This document shows positions 29,122 through 39,086 of a DNA stretch of 64,000 bases, one piece after another. The notes beneath the pieces are model-generated. The model saw only the letters and a list, made by a program, of their open reading frames with translations, was not told the origin of the DNA and did not search any database. Position 1 is the stretch's first letter; each line of letters begins with the position of its first letter. Position numbers and translations under genes: made by a program. The DNA lies in NCBI GenBank assembly GCA_024402655.1, contig JAKSTH010000002.1:795-64794 (forward strand), written 5' to 3'. This DNA is from Treponema sp. (GTDB lineage Bacteria; Spirochaetota; Spirochaetia; Treponematales; Treponemataceae).

Positions 29122-30273
29122 ATGGAAAACGAAGAATTGCAGAGTCAGGATTATTTACAGGAAACAGATATTCCAATGATGGCAGAAAATCTTGGAAATG
29201 AAAATGACAAGATTACCGAGCTTTCAAAAAAAGGTTATCAGTTATTAAAAGAAAATGACATTGAAGGTGCAAGAAGTTTATTCCTTTCAATTCTTGACTT
29301 AGAAGAAAACAATAACTATGCACTTGTTGGTTTAGGTGATACAGCAAGAAAACAGAATGATTTTAATTCAGCTATCACTTTTTATAATAAATGTCTGTCA
29401 TTCTTCCCTTCAAACAATTATGCACTTTTTGGACTTGCAGATTGTTATAAAGCACTTAATCAGTTTCCAAAAGCAATTGATATCTGGCAGGAATACCTTA
29501 AACATGATGATAAAAACATTACAGTAATTACTCGTGTCGCAGATGCTTATAGAAAAATCAGAGACTTTAGAAAATCAAAGGAACTTTACTTAAAAGTTCT
29601 TGAAGTTGAAAAAGATAATCCATATGCACTTATTGGTTTAGGTCATCTTAGTTATGATTTTAAAGAATATAGAGATGCATTATATTACTGGACACGCATT
29701 TATGAATTAAATCAGGATAATTCAGATATTCGTGTTTTAACTGCAATTGGTAACTGTCACAGAAAACTTAAGACTTTTGACAAAGGTGTTACATACTTTG
29801 AAAAAGCACTTGATAAAGATCCAAAAAATTTCTATGCCCTTTTTGGTATGGCAGACTGTTACCGTGGATTAAATCAGCAGCCAAAATCAATTGAATACTG
29901 GAATAAAATTCTTGAAATCGATCCAAACAATAAAGTTATTCTTACTCGTGCTGGCGACGCATACAGAACAACAGAAAATTATGATGAAGCTGTAAGATAT
30001 TACAATAAAGCACTTGATATTGATTTTGATATTTATGCTGCAATTGGTCTTGCACTTATCTGTAAAGCACAGAAAAATTATGGCGAAGCAGTTAGTCGTT
30101 TTGAAACTTTGATTAAAAATGATCCAAGAAATGCCAGACTTTATATTGATTTAGCAGAATGTTATGTTTGCGACAATCAGAAAAATGCTGCTATTAAACT
30201 TCTTGAAAACTACCTTAGTAATGATGGTAAAAATATTCAGATTAAGACATATCTTGAAAAATTAAAGAAATAA
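29122..30273 (+). CDS. Tetratricopeptide-repeat protein
   Basis: About 10 TPRs (NNYALVGLGD, NPYALIGLG, NFYALFGMAD). Confidence 0.9.
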   Translation: MENEELQSQDYLQETDIPMMAENLGNENDKITELSKKGYQLLKENDIEGARSLFLSILDLEENNNYALVGLGDTARKQNDFNSAITFYNKCLSFFPSNNYALFGLADCYKALNQFPKAIDIWQEYLKHDDKNITVITRVADAYRKIRDFRKSKELYLKVLEVEKDNPYALIGLGHLSYDFKEYRDALYYWTRIYELNQDNSDIRVLTAIGNCHRKLKTFDKGVTYFEKALDKDPKNFYALFGMADCYRGLNQQPKSIEYWNKILEIDPNNKVILTRAGDAYRTTENYDEAVRYYNKALDIDFDIYAAIGLALICKAQKNYGEAVSRFETLIKNDPRNARLYIDLAECYVCDNQKNAAIKLLENYLSNDGKNIQIKTYLEKLKK

Positions 30274-30286
30274 ATACTTGTAGATT

Positions 30287-31312
30287 ATGAATAAAATAAT
30301 TCTTACAAATCTTATCCCCTCTGAAATGATTGAACAATTGGAATTGTCTCAAAAGTTTAGAGGGGATCAGATTTTTAAATGGGTTGGTATGGGCGTTAAA
30401 GATTTTGATGCCATGACAAACCTTAGTTTAGATTTAAGAAACAGCCTCAAAGAAAAAGCAGTACTGCGATGTACATCTTTGGAAAACACACTAAAAGATC
30501 CTGATGGTACAATAAAATTACAGATAAAACTGGAAGACGGAAATATTGTTGAAACAGTTTTATTAACAGACAAAGAAGGTCGTAAAACAGCATGTGTTTC
30601 TTGTCAGGCCGGATGCGGAATGAAATGTGCATTTTGTATGACCGGTACACTTGGTCTTTCAAGAAATCTTTTACCAGCAGAAATTGTTGAACAGTTCTTA
30701 TATCTGGAAGAAATTGCCGGAAAATTAGATAACATTGTTTTTATGGGTATGGGAGAACCTATGCAAAATCTTTCAGGCATTAGAAAAGCAATAGAAATTC
30801 TATGTCATAAAAACGGCAGAAACCTTTCTTCTAAACGCATTACTTTATCTACCTGTGGAATTGTAAAAGGAATTTATGATCTGGCTGATAATGGACCAAA
30901 TATTCGTCTTGCAGTTTCTTTAACAACAGCTAATGAAGATTTAAGAAAACAGATAATGCCAGTAGCACTTGCTAATGAAAACAGCCTTTCGGAATTAAGA
31001 AAAGCAATTAAATACTATGCAGAAAAATCTGGTAAACGGGTTACTTTAGAAGCAGCTCTTTTGGCAGGTAAAAACACAGATAAGGAAAGCGCTTTGAATA
31101 TGATTAATTTTGCAAAAAATATGGATGTAAATGTTAATCTTATTCCATGGAATCCGGTTGCTACCCTACCTTTTGAAGAACCTTCTAATAATGAAGTTCA
31201 CAATTTTGTAAAACAACTGGAAGATGCCGGCATAAATGTTACTTTAAGAACTCGCCGTGGTAGAAAAATCGGTGGAGCTTGTGGTCAACTTGGAAAAACA
31301 ACAAAACAATAA
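30287..31312 (+). CDS. rlmN: Dual-specificity RNA methyltransferase (radical SAM)
   Basis: CVSCQAGCGMKCAFC, MGMGEP, NLIPWN, GACGQL. Confidence 0.95.
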   Translation: MNKIILTNLIPSEMIEQLELSQKFRGDQIFKWVGMGVKDFDAMTNLSLDLRNSLKEKAVLRCTSLENTLKDPDGTIKLQIKLEDGNIVETVLLTDKEGRKTACVSCQAGCGMKCAFCMTGTLGLSRNLLPAEIVEQFLYLEEIAGKLDNIVFMGMGEPMQNLSGIRKAIEILCHKNGRNLSSKRITLSTCGIVKGIYDLADNGPNIRLAVSLTTANEDLRKQIMPVALANENSLSELRKAIKYYAEKSGKRVTLEAALLAGKNTDKESALNMINFAKNMDVNVNLIPWNPVATLPFEEPSNNEVHNFVKQLEDAGINVTLRTRRGRKIGGACGQLGKTTKQ

Positions 31313-31411
31313 ATAGAGAAATATACAATATTAGGGGATTTGTTTTATTGTACTAAAGATTATTTATTTGTATAATGATTATATATTAAAAAGTATTATT
31401 TGGAGCTTATT

Positions 31412-31615
31412 ATGCAGAAAAAAATCTATGTTGTTGGTATGTTTGATGATGGAACCGCTGCAAAAGTACAGGATGCTGTAAAAGCAGTTACATCTGTAAC
31501 TAATGTTGTTGCAAACTGTGATAAATCTCAGGTTCTTGTTGATTATGATGATGCTTCGGCAGAAGCAAATATTGATGCTGCAATCACTTCTTGCGGTGTT
31601 GATGTAATTGGTTAA
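31412..31615 (+). CDS. HMA/CopZ-fold small protein lacking CxxC
   Basis: VVGMFDDGTAAKVQDAV...VLVDYD...IDAAITSCG; GGAG SD before ATG 31412. Confidence 0.7.
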   Translation: MQKKIYVVGMFDDGTAAKVQDAVKAVTSVTNVVANCDKSQVLVDYDDASAEANIDAAITSCGVDVIG

Positions 31616-31619
31616 TCTT

Positions 31620-32567
31620 ATGAAAATTACAATTCTCGATGGACATGCTCTGAATCCAGGAGATGTATCTTATGATATTTTCTCTCAATTTGGAGAATTA
31701 AATATATATGATAGAACTCCTGCAGAATTAGTTATTCCTCGCATTGGAGATTCTGAAGTCATTTTCTTAAACAAAGTAAATATTACAGAAGAAGTTTTTT
31801 CTGCCTGTCCAAAATTAAAATATATTGGTGTAATGGCTACAGGTTATAATGTAATAGATATTGAAGCTGCTAAAAGACACAATGTTGTTGTTACAAATAT
31901 CCCTTCTTACAGTACAGATGCAGTAGCACAGCATGTATTTGCTTTAATTTTAAATTTCACAAATCAAGTTTCTTTACATAACGATTCAGTTCAGGCAAAT
32001 GAATGGGTTAAATGTCCAGACTTCTGTTACTGGAAATCACCATTAATTGAACTAAATGGTAAAACTCTTGGTATTTTTGGTTATGGCAGCATTGGTTCAA
32101 AAGTTGCAGAAATTGCAAAAGCTTTTGGATTAAAAGTTATTTGTTGTACCAGAACACAAAAACCTGGTATGCCAGAATCAGTTACTTTTGAAGATTTATT
32201 GAAAAAATCTGATTTTGTAAGTTTACATGCACCTTTAACAGACAAAACAAAAGATATTATTAATAAAGACAGTCTTAAATTAATGAAAAAATCTGCTTAC
32301 CTTATAAATACTGCTCGTGGCGGTTTTGTTGTTGAAAAAGATTTAGCAGATGCCTTAAATAATAATACAATTGCTGGTTATGCCGCAGATGTTGTTCTTT
32401 CCGAACCAATGGCAGCAGATTCTCCACTTTTAGGTGCAAAGAACTGTATTATAACTCCACACATTGCATGGGCGCCATTAGAAACAAGACAGCGTTTATT
32501 AGGAATTGCTGTGGATAACATTAAAGCCTGGCTTTCTGGAAATCCTATTAATGTAGTAAGTAAATAA
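31620..32567 (+). CDS. D-2-hydroxyacid dehydrogenase (glycerate dehydrogenase/HprA-like)
   Basis: LNPGD, ATGYN, GIFGYGSIG, INTARG, TPHIAWA. Confidence 0.92.
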   Translation: MKITILDGHALNPGDVSYDIFSQFGELNIYDRTPAELVIPRIGDSEVIFLNKVNITEEVFSACPKLKYIGVMATGYNVIDIEAAKRHNVVVTNIPSYSTDAVAQHVFALILNFTNQVSLHNDSVQANEWVKCPDFCYWKSPLIELNGKTLGIFGYGSIGSKVAEIAKAFGLKVICCTRTQKPGMPESVTFEDLLKKSDFVSLHAPLTDKTKDIINKDSLKLMKKSAYLINTARGGFVVEKDLADALNNNTIAGYAADVVLSEPMAADSPLLGAKNCIITPHIAWAPLETRQRLLGIAVDNIKAWLSGNPINVVSK

Positions 32568-32613
32568 AATTCTTGATTAAGTTCAGAATAATCTTATTAA
32601 TACCATTAAGCTA

Positions 32614-32651
32614 TAAAAAAAGATTCCGAATTAAATTCGGAATCTTTTTTC
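32614..32651. terminator. Bidirectional terminator
   Basis: AAAAAAAGATTCCGAAT-TAA-ATTCGGAATCTTTTTT. Confidence 0.88.
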
Positions 32652-32656
32652 TTTAA

Positions 32657-34645
32657 CTATTTCTTATGAAATACAGGGATACATTCAATTGGAGCTTCAA
32701 CTTCAATTGTTCTTCCACCCTCAACTACTTCTTTTGTATTGATATTTTCCCATTTTCCAGCAGGTAAATAAACATTTCGTTTTCTTTCACCAGCATGTAA
32801 AATTGGAGCTACAAGATATTCAGGACCGAACATATACTGATCTTGTAAATTCCAGCATTTTTCATCTTCTGGGAACTCGTAGAACATAGCACGCATTGCA
32901 GGACTACCATTTGAACTAGCTTCTTTCATAACTTTAGAAATATATGGAATTAAACTTTCACGAAGTTTAATCTGTGCTTCCATAATTTTCTGAGCTTCTG
33001 GACCATAAGACCAGATTTCGTTATCGTGGCCAGTGTAAAGATAACCGCCACCATATCCTCTTTGTGGATCTTTATCTAATGGAGGAATATCATGTGGATC
33101 GCGGTCTCCATGAAGTCTTAAAATTGGTGTAAATACTGCAAATTCAAACCAGCGTTCAAGCAGTTCAACAAAAGCTGGATCTTTAGGATTACCATACATA
33201 AATCCACCAGCATCTGTAGTCCACCATGGAATACCTGCAATACCAATATTAATTCCTTCTACAACAGAATCTTCAAGACATTCAAATGTCGACTGAACAT
33301 CACCATTCCATAATACCTGACTATATTTTTGTGAACCAACCCAGGCACAGCGTTCAAGATTTACAAAGTTTTTTCTTCCATCAGCTTTCATTCCATCATA
33401 AAAAGCTTTACTGTAAAGCAATGGATAAATATTTGAACAAGATAAAGCTGTTCCCATATAATATCTGTAGTTACCGTAATCATAAATATTATAGTCTGGT
33501 TCAGCATTATCAAGCCAGAACATATCAATACCATAATCACCGTAATTCTTTTTACAAATCTGCCACAAATATTCACGAGCTTCTGGATTTGTTGCATCGA
33601 ATGTAAGACAGTCACCCATAAAATCGTAAGTCTGATTTGTACCTCTTTCTGTTCTTACAAGATAACCTTTATCCAGCATTTCATAATAATGAGAACATTT
33701 CTTATCTACAGAAGGCCATACAGAAACCATTACTTTTGTTCCCATAGCATGCAATTCATCACACATTGCTTTTGGATCTGGCCAATATTCTTTATCAAAA
33801 CACCAGTCGCCTTGTCTTGGCCAATGGAAAAAGTCTATAACAATTACATCAAGATGAATTCCCATCTCTTTATATTTTCTTGCAACTGTAAGTACTTCTT
33901 CCTGTGTTCTATAACGAAGTTTACACTGCCAGAATCCCATATAATCTTTAGGTAAAACTGGAGCACGACCAACTGCAGCAGTATAGTTTTCAACAATTTT
34001 AGCAGGAGTGTCGCCAGCAGTAATCCAGTAATCCATTTCTTTTGTAGATTCTGCAACCCATTCAGTAATATTTTTTGCAAAATTTACATGACCAACAGCA
34101 GGATTATTCCATAAGAAACCATATCCTAAAGAAGAAAGATAGAATGGAATAGAAATCTGACTGTTTCTCTGAGCAAGTTCCAGTGAACATCCCTTTAAGT
34201 CCAAATATGGAGCCTGATACTGACCCATACCAAAAATCTTTTCACCATTGTTAGGCTCAAATCTTACAGTAAGTTTGTAGTCCCCACCAATTATACCTTC
34301 ATATTGACGGGCAACTACTTTTGTACAGCAGGAATGCTTTGTACTATTTGGATCATAAGCACGGAAGAATTCATGCAAAATAACATTTCCATTTTTAAGG
34401 AATGTAAGAATACCATTATTACTGACTCTTGCTTCAATTTGTCCATTAACAATACTTGCATATTCATTTGTAACAGTTATTTTAGCTTTATCACCTTTTA
34501 CTTTTTCAGTAAGAGCCCAATCTCTGTCTAATAATGCTGGTTCAACAGTAGAACGAACTCTTAAAGAATTTTCGCCCCACCCTTGAATTAATAATGTTTC
34601 ATTACCTTTTTTAAATACAATGGAATTTTTCCCTTCTAAAAACAT
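32657..34645 (-). CDS. GH31 glycosidase (alpha-xylosidase-like)
   Basis: GFWQCKLRY, IVIDFFHW, FWLDNAEPD (nucleophile), WNGD (acid/base), WTTDAGGF, RLHG. Confidence 0.9.
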   Translation of the reverse strand: MFLEGKNSIVFKKGNETLLIQGWGENSLRVRSTVEPALLDRDWALTEKVKGDKAKITVTNEYASIVNGQIEARVSNNGILTFLKNGNVILHEFFRAYDPNSTKHSCCTKVVARQYEGIIGGDYKLTVRFEPNNGEKIFGMGQYQAPYLDLKGCSLELAQRNSQISIPFYLSSLGYGFLWNNPAVGHVNFAKNITEWVAESTKEMDYWITAGDTPAKIVENYTAAVGRAPVLPKDYMGFWQCKLRYRTQEEVLTVARKYKEMGIHLDVIVIDFFHWPRQGDWCFDKEYWPDPKAMCDELHAMGTKVMVSVWPSVDKKCSHYYEMLDKGYLVRTERGTNQTYDFMGDCLTFDATNPEAREYLWQICKKNYGDYGIDMFWLDNAEPDYNIYDYGNYRYYMGTALSCSNIYPLLYSKAFYDGMKADGRKNFVNLERCAWVGSQKYSQVLWNGDVQSTFECLEDSVVEGINIGIAGIPWWTTDAGGFMYGNPKDPAFVELLERWFEFAVFTPILRLHGDRDPHDIPPLDKDPQRGYGGGYLYTGHDNEIWSYGPEAQKIMEAQIKLRESLIPYISKVMKEASSNGSPAMRAMFYEFPEDEKCWNLQDQYMFGPEYLVAPILHAGERKRNVYLPAGKWENINTKEVVEGGRTIEVEAPIECIPVFHKK

Positions 34646-34786
34646 AATTCATCCTTTGTAGTAATTATTTATTATTTAATGATAACATAATTTTAAAATA
34701 ATTAAACTGAAAAAACTACACATTATTTTTTTTAAATGTTATACTTATATGTAGAAACATAATTAATTATCAGGAGTTCGAAAATT

Positions 34787-35326
34787 ATGAAAACTTTCGG
34801 AGGACCAGTATTATTCTTAGACCGTTCAGATATTAACACAGATGAAATTATTCCTGCAAAATATCTTGAAGAAACAGATAAAAAAGCAATTAAACCTTAT
34901 TTGCTTGAAGATTTGAAAATTAACGGTTTTAATCCACAGACAGATGTAGCTGGAAAAAGAGTTATTATTACAAGAGATAACTTTGGCTGCGGTAATGAAA
35001 AACCACAGGCAGCTGTTGCATTAACTGCAAACAGTCTTCACTCTGTAATTTCTGCTGGAATTGCAAAGAATTTTAGATCGGCAATGTATGCTAATGACAT
35101 TTTATCTATTGAAATGGATAAAAAATCTCTTGCAGATATGTTCCATACATTTGCAGACAAAGATACAGAATGTAAAGTTGTTATTAATGATGACGGTTCT
35201 GCTAAAGTAAAACTTTATGCAGGTTCACTTTCAAAAAGTTATCCATTCCAGATTGGTGAAACAGACAAAGTTATTCTTGATAAAGAAGACTGGTTAGGAT
35301 ACACAGAAACAAACTTAAAATACTAA
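34787..35326 (+). CDS. Orphan LeuD-like (aconitase swivel domain) protein with degenerate active-site motif
   Basis: DINTDEIIPAKYL; NFGCGNEKPQA in place of NFGCGSSREHA; no leuC adjacent. Confidence 0.8.
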   Translation: MKTFGGPVLFLDRSDINTDEIIPAKYLEETDKKAIKPYLLEDLKINGFNPQTDVAGKRVIITRDNFGCGNEKPQAAVALTANSLHSVISAGIAKNFRSAMYANDILSIEMDKKSLADMFHTFADKDTECKVVINDDGSAKVKLYAGSLSKSYPFQIGETDKVILDKEDWLGYTETNLKY

Positions 35327-35347
35327 ATACTTCTGTTGTTAAAATGC

Positions 35348-35378
35348 AAAGGCTGTCTTAAAAAGACAGCCTTTTTTT
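35348..35378. terminator. Terminator between the leuD-like gene and cmk
   Basis: AAAGGCTGTCTT-AAA-AAGACAGCCTTTTTTT. Confidence 0.88.
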
Positions 35379-35414
35379 ATGACTTTTACCTATTTTTTAT
35401 AAGAAAATTTCAAT

Positions 35415-35963
35415 TTATTTTTCAATCAAACCTTTTTCAGCCAGTTTATCCAAAATCACATTTACAATTTCATCTGGAGTTTTATCATTTACATCTACAA
35501 TAATGTCTACAAAATTGTAATCATTATTGTCGATATTATAAAAAGCTTTATAACGACCTGTATCTTCACGGTCACGCATAGCAGTAAAATCTTTTATCTG
35601 CTGTAAATCTCCACCTTCACGATTAAATACACGTCCGGCACGAGTTTCATCACTGGCATAAAGATAAACTTTCAAATCAGCTTCTTTAAGCATCCAGATT
35701 GCAAGACGACTTCCTAAAACACAAGATTCTTTCATTGCAAGTTCAACCTGATGTTTATCTACATATTTGTCATAAGAGTCATCATTTTTTGCTGCTTCAA
35801 TAACTTCTTTAAGAGTCATACCTTTTTCTGCTGCAAGCTGTCTAAAAGTATAATTAATTAATGTAATATTTAATTTTTCTGAAAGCAAAGTTGAAACAGT
35901 TGTATTTCCACAACCACTTTTTCCGCTGATTGCAATTCTTAAAGGCTCTTTTTTTATTGTCAT
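35415..35963 (-). CDS. cmk: Cytidylate kinase-like (type 2) protein
   Basis: IAISGKSGCGNTT, TFRQLA, VLGSRLA, RDREDTGRY. Confidence 0.78.
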   Translation of the reverse strand: MTIKKEPLRIAISGKSGCGNTTVSTLLSEKLNITLINYTFRQLAAEKGMTLKEVIEAAKNDDSYDKYVDKHQVELAMKESCVLGSRLAIWMLKEADLKVYLYASDETRAGRVFNREGGDLQQIKDFTAMRDREDTGRYKAFYNIDNNDYNFVDIIVDVNDKTPDEIVNVILDKLAEKGLIEK

Positions 35964-35981
35964 TTTCACACTCCTTTTTAT

Positions 35982-36851
35982 TTAAGCAACATTCTTTGCC
36001 TGTTCACGAATATTTTCCAATGAATCTTTGGCACAAATAACCATTGCACCAACTTCACTAAACTGATTTTTACTGCCAATTGTATTTATTTCTCTGTTCA
36101 TTTCCTGACAAATAAAATCCAGTTTTTTACCAGGTGTAGGATTATTTTTTAATTCCTCTTTCATAGCTTCTATATGACTATGCAGTCTTACAATTTCTTC
36201 ATTGATTGTATATTTTACAACCATTGCAGCTGTTTCTGTCATAATTCGGTTTTCATCAACCTTATCCTGTAATAATTCATTAAACTTAGCAGTAATCTGT
36301 TCTTTAAATGCATTTTCCATTTTTGGCTGCCATTCTTTAAAAAAGGCTGCACATTCTGAAAGTTTAGAAAGTTTTTCTTCTAAATCTTTTTTCATATTTT
36401 CGCCTTCTCTTAAAGCATCTGCCATGTATTTTTCTAAAGCAGAATTAAAAACAGGTTCAATCATAGTTTTATATTTTTCTGCATCATTTGTTTTATTAGA
36501 AACAAGAACACCAGGCTGATTAAGAATAAAATCTAAAGGAGCTCCATTTGTATTTAATCCAGTTGCATCAATTACTTTTTTAACCGCATTTCCATAAGCT
36601 TTAGCTAAATTTTCATCAACAAAAATTTCTACATTAGACTGAAGTTCTTTTAATCTGATATTTACATCAATTTTTCCACGAACTATTTTTTCCGAAATTT
36701 TTGTTCGAAAATAACTTTCTACAGGATTTAAAAAAGAAGGCATATTAATTGATAAATCAAGAAATCGTGAATTAACAGATTTAATTTCTACACTAATAAC
36801 AGCGGCTTCCGAAGTCACTTCCTGATACGCATAACCTGTCATTGAAATCAT
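35982..36851 (-). CDS. yicC: YicC/YloC family endoribonuclease
   Basis: SMTGY, KSVNSRFLD, RGKI, EEIVRL, GKKLDFICQEMNREINTIGSK; start moved to 36851. Confidence 0.93.
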   Translation of the reverse strand: MISMTGYAYQEVTSEAAVISVEIKSVNSRFLDLSINMPSFLNPVESYFRTKISEKIVRGKIDVNIRLKELQSNVEIFVDENLAKAYGNAVKKVIDATGLNTNGAPLDFILNQPGVLVSNKTNDAEKYKTMIEPVFNSALEKYMADALREGENMKKDLEEKLSKLSECAAFFKEWQPKMENAFKEQITAKFNELLQDKVDENRIMTETAAMVVKYTINEEIVRLHSHIEAMKEELKNNPTPGKKLDFICQEMNREINTIGSKNQFSEVGAMVICAKDSLENIREQAKNVA

Positions 36852-36861
36852 AATATTTTCC

Positions 36862-38367
36862 TTAGTAATTAGATAAAATTGCTTTTCCAAGTTTCCAGTT
36901 ATCACCGGCACCCATTGTTACAAGTAAAATTCCATCTGGATATTCTTTTGATAATGGTTTTTCAATTTCTGATTTTACGAAATCTACTGCATCCATTGCA
37001 TCTTCATAATAAACCACTGTGTTTTTATTTCCACAATGTTTTACAGTTTCATCGAATAAAGTTTTACCAGTAATATTAAAATCTGCAGCATTTTCTCTTG
37101 CAGAAGAATAGATTTTATTCAAAATAATTACATCGGCACTTTCAGTAGAAGCCGCAAATTCTTTTAAAAGTGCCTGAGTTCTACTGTATGTATGGCTCAT
37201 AAAATCTACAATAATTTTTCTTCCTTTGTAAAATTCTTTAAATCCTTCCAAAGTTGTTTTTACTGCAGTAGGATGATGTCCGTAATCATCAATTACAAGA
37301 ACATTATTTCCAGATTTAGAAGTGAATCTACCAACAATTTCACTTCTTCTTTTACCGCCAGAAAATTTTTCTAAACCAGCAGCAATCTGTTTTTCATAAT
37401 CCTTTGGATTTTTACCGAACTGTTCCAATAATTTACAAACCAGAGCAACAGCAGCAACTGCATCCATAACTTCGTGTTTACCAGGAACACAAAGTGCTAA
37501 ATCTGAGTCAAATAAAGAAATTTTAAACTTGTTTTTTTCATTTTCAACTTTTCCAAAAGTAAGTTTAAATTCTCCTTCAGCATTTTCACCGTAAGGAATA
37601 AGTTTTAGATCGGCTCTTTTTGATTTTGCTATTCCTGCAGTTTCCACAGCCCCTTTATCATCGCAACAATAAATAAGTTCTCCATTTTGTGGAAGTTTAC
37701 AAATATAATCAACAAATGCATCTCTAATAGATTCATAAGTTGGATAATAATCTTCGTGATCTGGTTCTACAGAAGTAAGTATGATTTTTTGTGGGCAAAA
37801 ACTCATAAAATGTCTCTGATATTCACAAGTTTCTGCTACAAAGATTTTTTCATCATTTTTTGCAGTTTCAATAAGTTTTGAAGTATAAGTACATGTTCCA
37901 CCAAAACTATTTATAATACTTCCTGCAAGAACCTGAGAAGGTAAATCAATTTCTTTTAAGATTGTTCCTGTAAGTCCTGTTGTAGAAGTTTTTCCATGAA
38001 CACCACAAATACCACAAGAATATGATCTGCTTGAATAAGAACCAAGAGCCTGTGTATAAAGAAGGCAAGGAATATTTTTTGAAACAGCAGCAATTAATTC
38101 AGGATTTTTATCTAATTTATAAGCAGATGAATAAACTACATAATCAACATCATCTGTAATATTTTTTGCATCAAATAATGTAGGTTTAATATTTAATTTT
38201 TCAAGAATTTCGTCAGTGTAAAATCTTTCTTCAACATCTGAACCTGTAATAATAGCGCCATTGTGAAAAAGAATTTCAACCAGGGCTGCCATACCAGTAC
38301 CTTTAATACCAACAAAGTGAATATGAACTCCAGAAATATTTTCTGGTAACTGTAAATTTTCTATCAT
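36862..38367 (-). CDS. murC: UDP-N-acetylmuramate--L-alanine ligase
   Basis: HFVGIKGTGM, GVHGKTSTT, DDYGHHP, HTYSRT, MGAGD. Confidence 0.96.
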   Translation of the reverse strand: MIENLQLPENISGVHIHFVGIKGTGMAALVEILFHNGAIITGSDVEERFYTDEILEKLNIKPTLFDAKNITDDVDYVVYSSAYKLDKNPELIAAVSKNIPCLLYTQALGSYSSRSYSCGICGVHGKTSTTGLTGTILKEIDLPSQVLAGSIINSFGGTCTYTSKLIETAKNDEKIFVAETCEYQRHFMSFCPQKIILTSVEPDHEDYYPTYESIRDAFVDYICKLPQNGELIYCCDDKGAVETAGIAKSKRADLKLIPYGENAEGEFKLTFGKVENEKNKFKISLFDSDLALCVPGKHEVMDAVAAVALVCKLLEQFGKNPKDYEKQIAAGLEKFSGGKRRSEIVGRFTSKSGNNVLVIDDYGHHPTAVKTTLEGFKEFYKGRKIIVDFMSHTYSRTQALLKEFAASTESADVIILNKIYSSARENAADFNITGKTLFDETVKHCGNKNTVVYYEDAMDAVDFVKSEIEKPLSKEYPDGILLVTMGAGDNWKLGKAILSNY

Positions 38368-38407
38368 ATCTATATTATAAACATTCTACAGATTAAAAAC
38401 AACTTAT

Positions 38408-38442
38408 AAAAAAAGACCGCAATGCAACGCATCACGGCCTTT
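38408..38442 (-). terminator. Terminator of the flgF-flgG-flgJ unit
   Basis: AAAGGCCGTGATGC-GTT-GCATTGCGGTC-U7. Confidence 0.85.
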
Positions 38443-38515
38443 AGATAGATGTAAACTAATCTTTGAACAGACTCAAAGCTTTTAACGAACTTCGTTCGTT
38501 CTCCTTATTGGAGGT
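38408..38515 (-). ncRNA. Candidate structured sRNA or 3' UTR element downstream of flgJ
   Basis: Three short hairpins plus a terminator; TATAAT at 38526-38521; complementary to the flgF 5' UTR. Confidence 0.5.
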
Positions 38516-38544
38516 AGGATATTATATTTCAACACTATGGTTGC

Positions 38545-39066
38545 TTATACCAAACTTAAATAGATTTGATCGGCTAAACCAAATCCGGCTGTTTTTGTCA
38601 TATTTTCGGCATACTGATCATAAAGCATGTCTTCATACATTTTTTTGCCGAAATCATCTTCTTTAGTTTTCATAACAGTGTTTCTCATAGAAGAAAGCAT
38701 CTGTTTTACAAAGAAACCTTCAAGTTCAAGTGCTTTTTCATATAAAGTACTTGTTTTATCAATAGTTTTTGTCTGAACGTGAGGATTAGCCTGATTTACA
38801 GCGGCACCCTGAGCTTTTGCAGTTTTATCATTTTCTGAAGTAAAATAACCTGCATAACCTTGTGTGTATTCACCATTCAATCTTCCGTCAACATTAAGCT
38901 GACTGGAAGCAACAGTTCCTTTTCCATCATCCTGGCTCTTAAGTAATTTTACCATTTCATCGAATTTTGAAGTCTGTGCATTTTCTTTTGCAATAGAAAA
39001 AGCTGCATCTCCAGTTGTAATTCCGCTGTATGTATTTGTATATAATCCTACGTTCATTTTATTCAC
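38545..39066 (-). CDS. flgJ: FlgJ-like rod-binding protein (no muramidase domain)
   Basis: LYEKALELEGFFVKQMLSSMRNTV, YEDMLYDQYA, GFGLADQIY. Confidence 0.82.
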   Translation of the reverse strand: MNKMNVGLYTNTYSGITTGDAAFSIAKENAQTSKFDEMVKLLKSQDDGKGTVASSQLNVDGRLNGEYTQGYAGYFTSENDKTAKAQGAAVNQANPHVQTKTIDKTSTLYEKALELEGFFVKQMLSSMRNTVMKTKEDDFGKKMYEDMLYDQYAENMTKTAGFGLADQIYLSLV

Positions 39067-39086
39067 CTGCTATTAACAGTTATATT

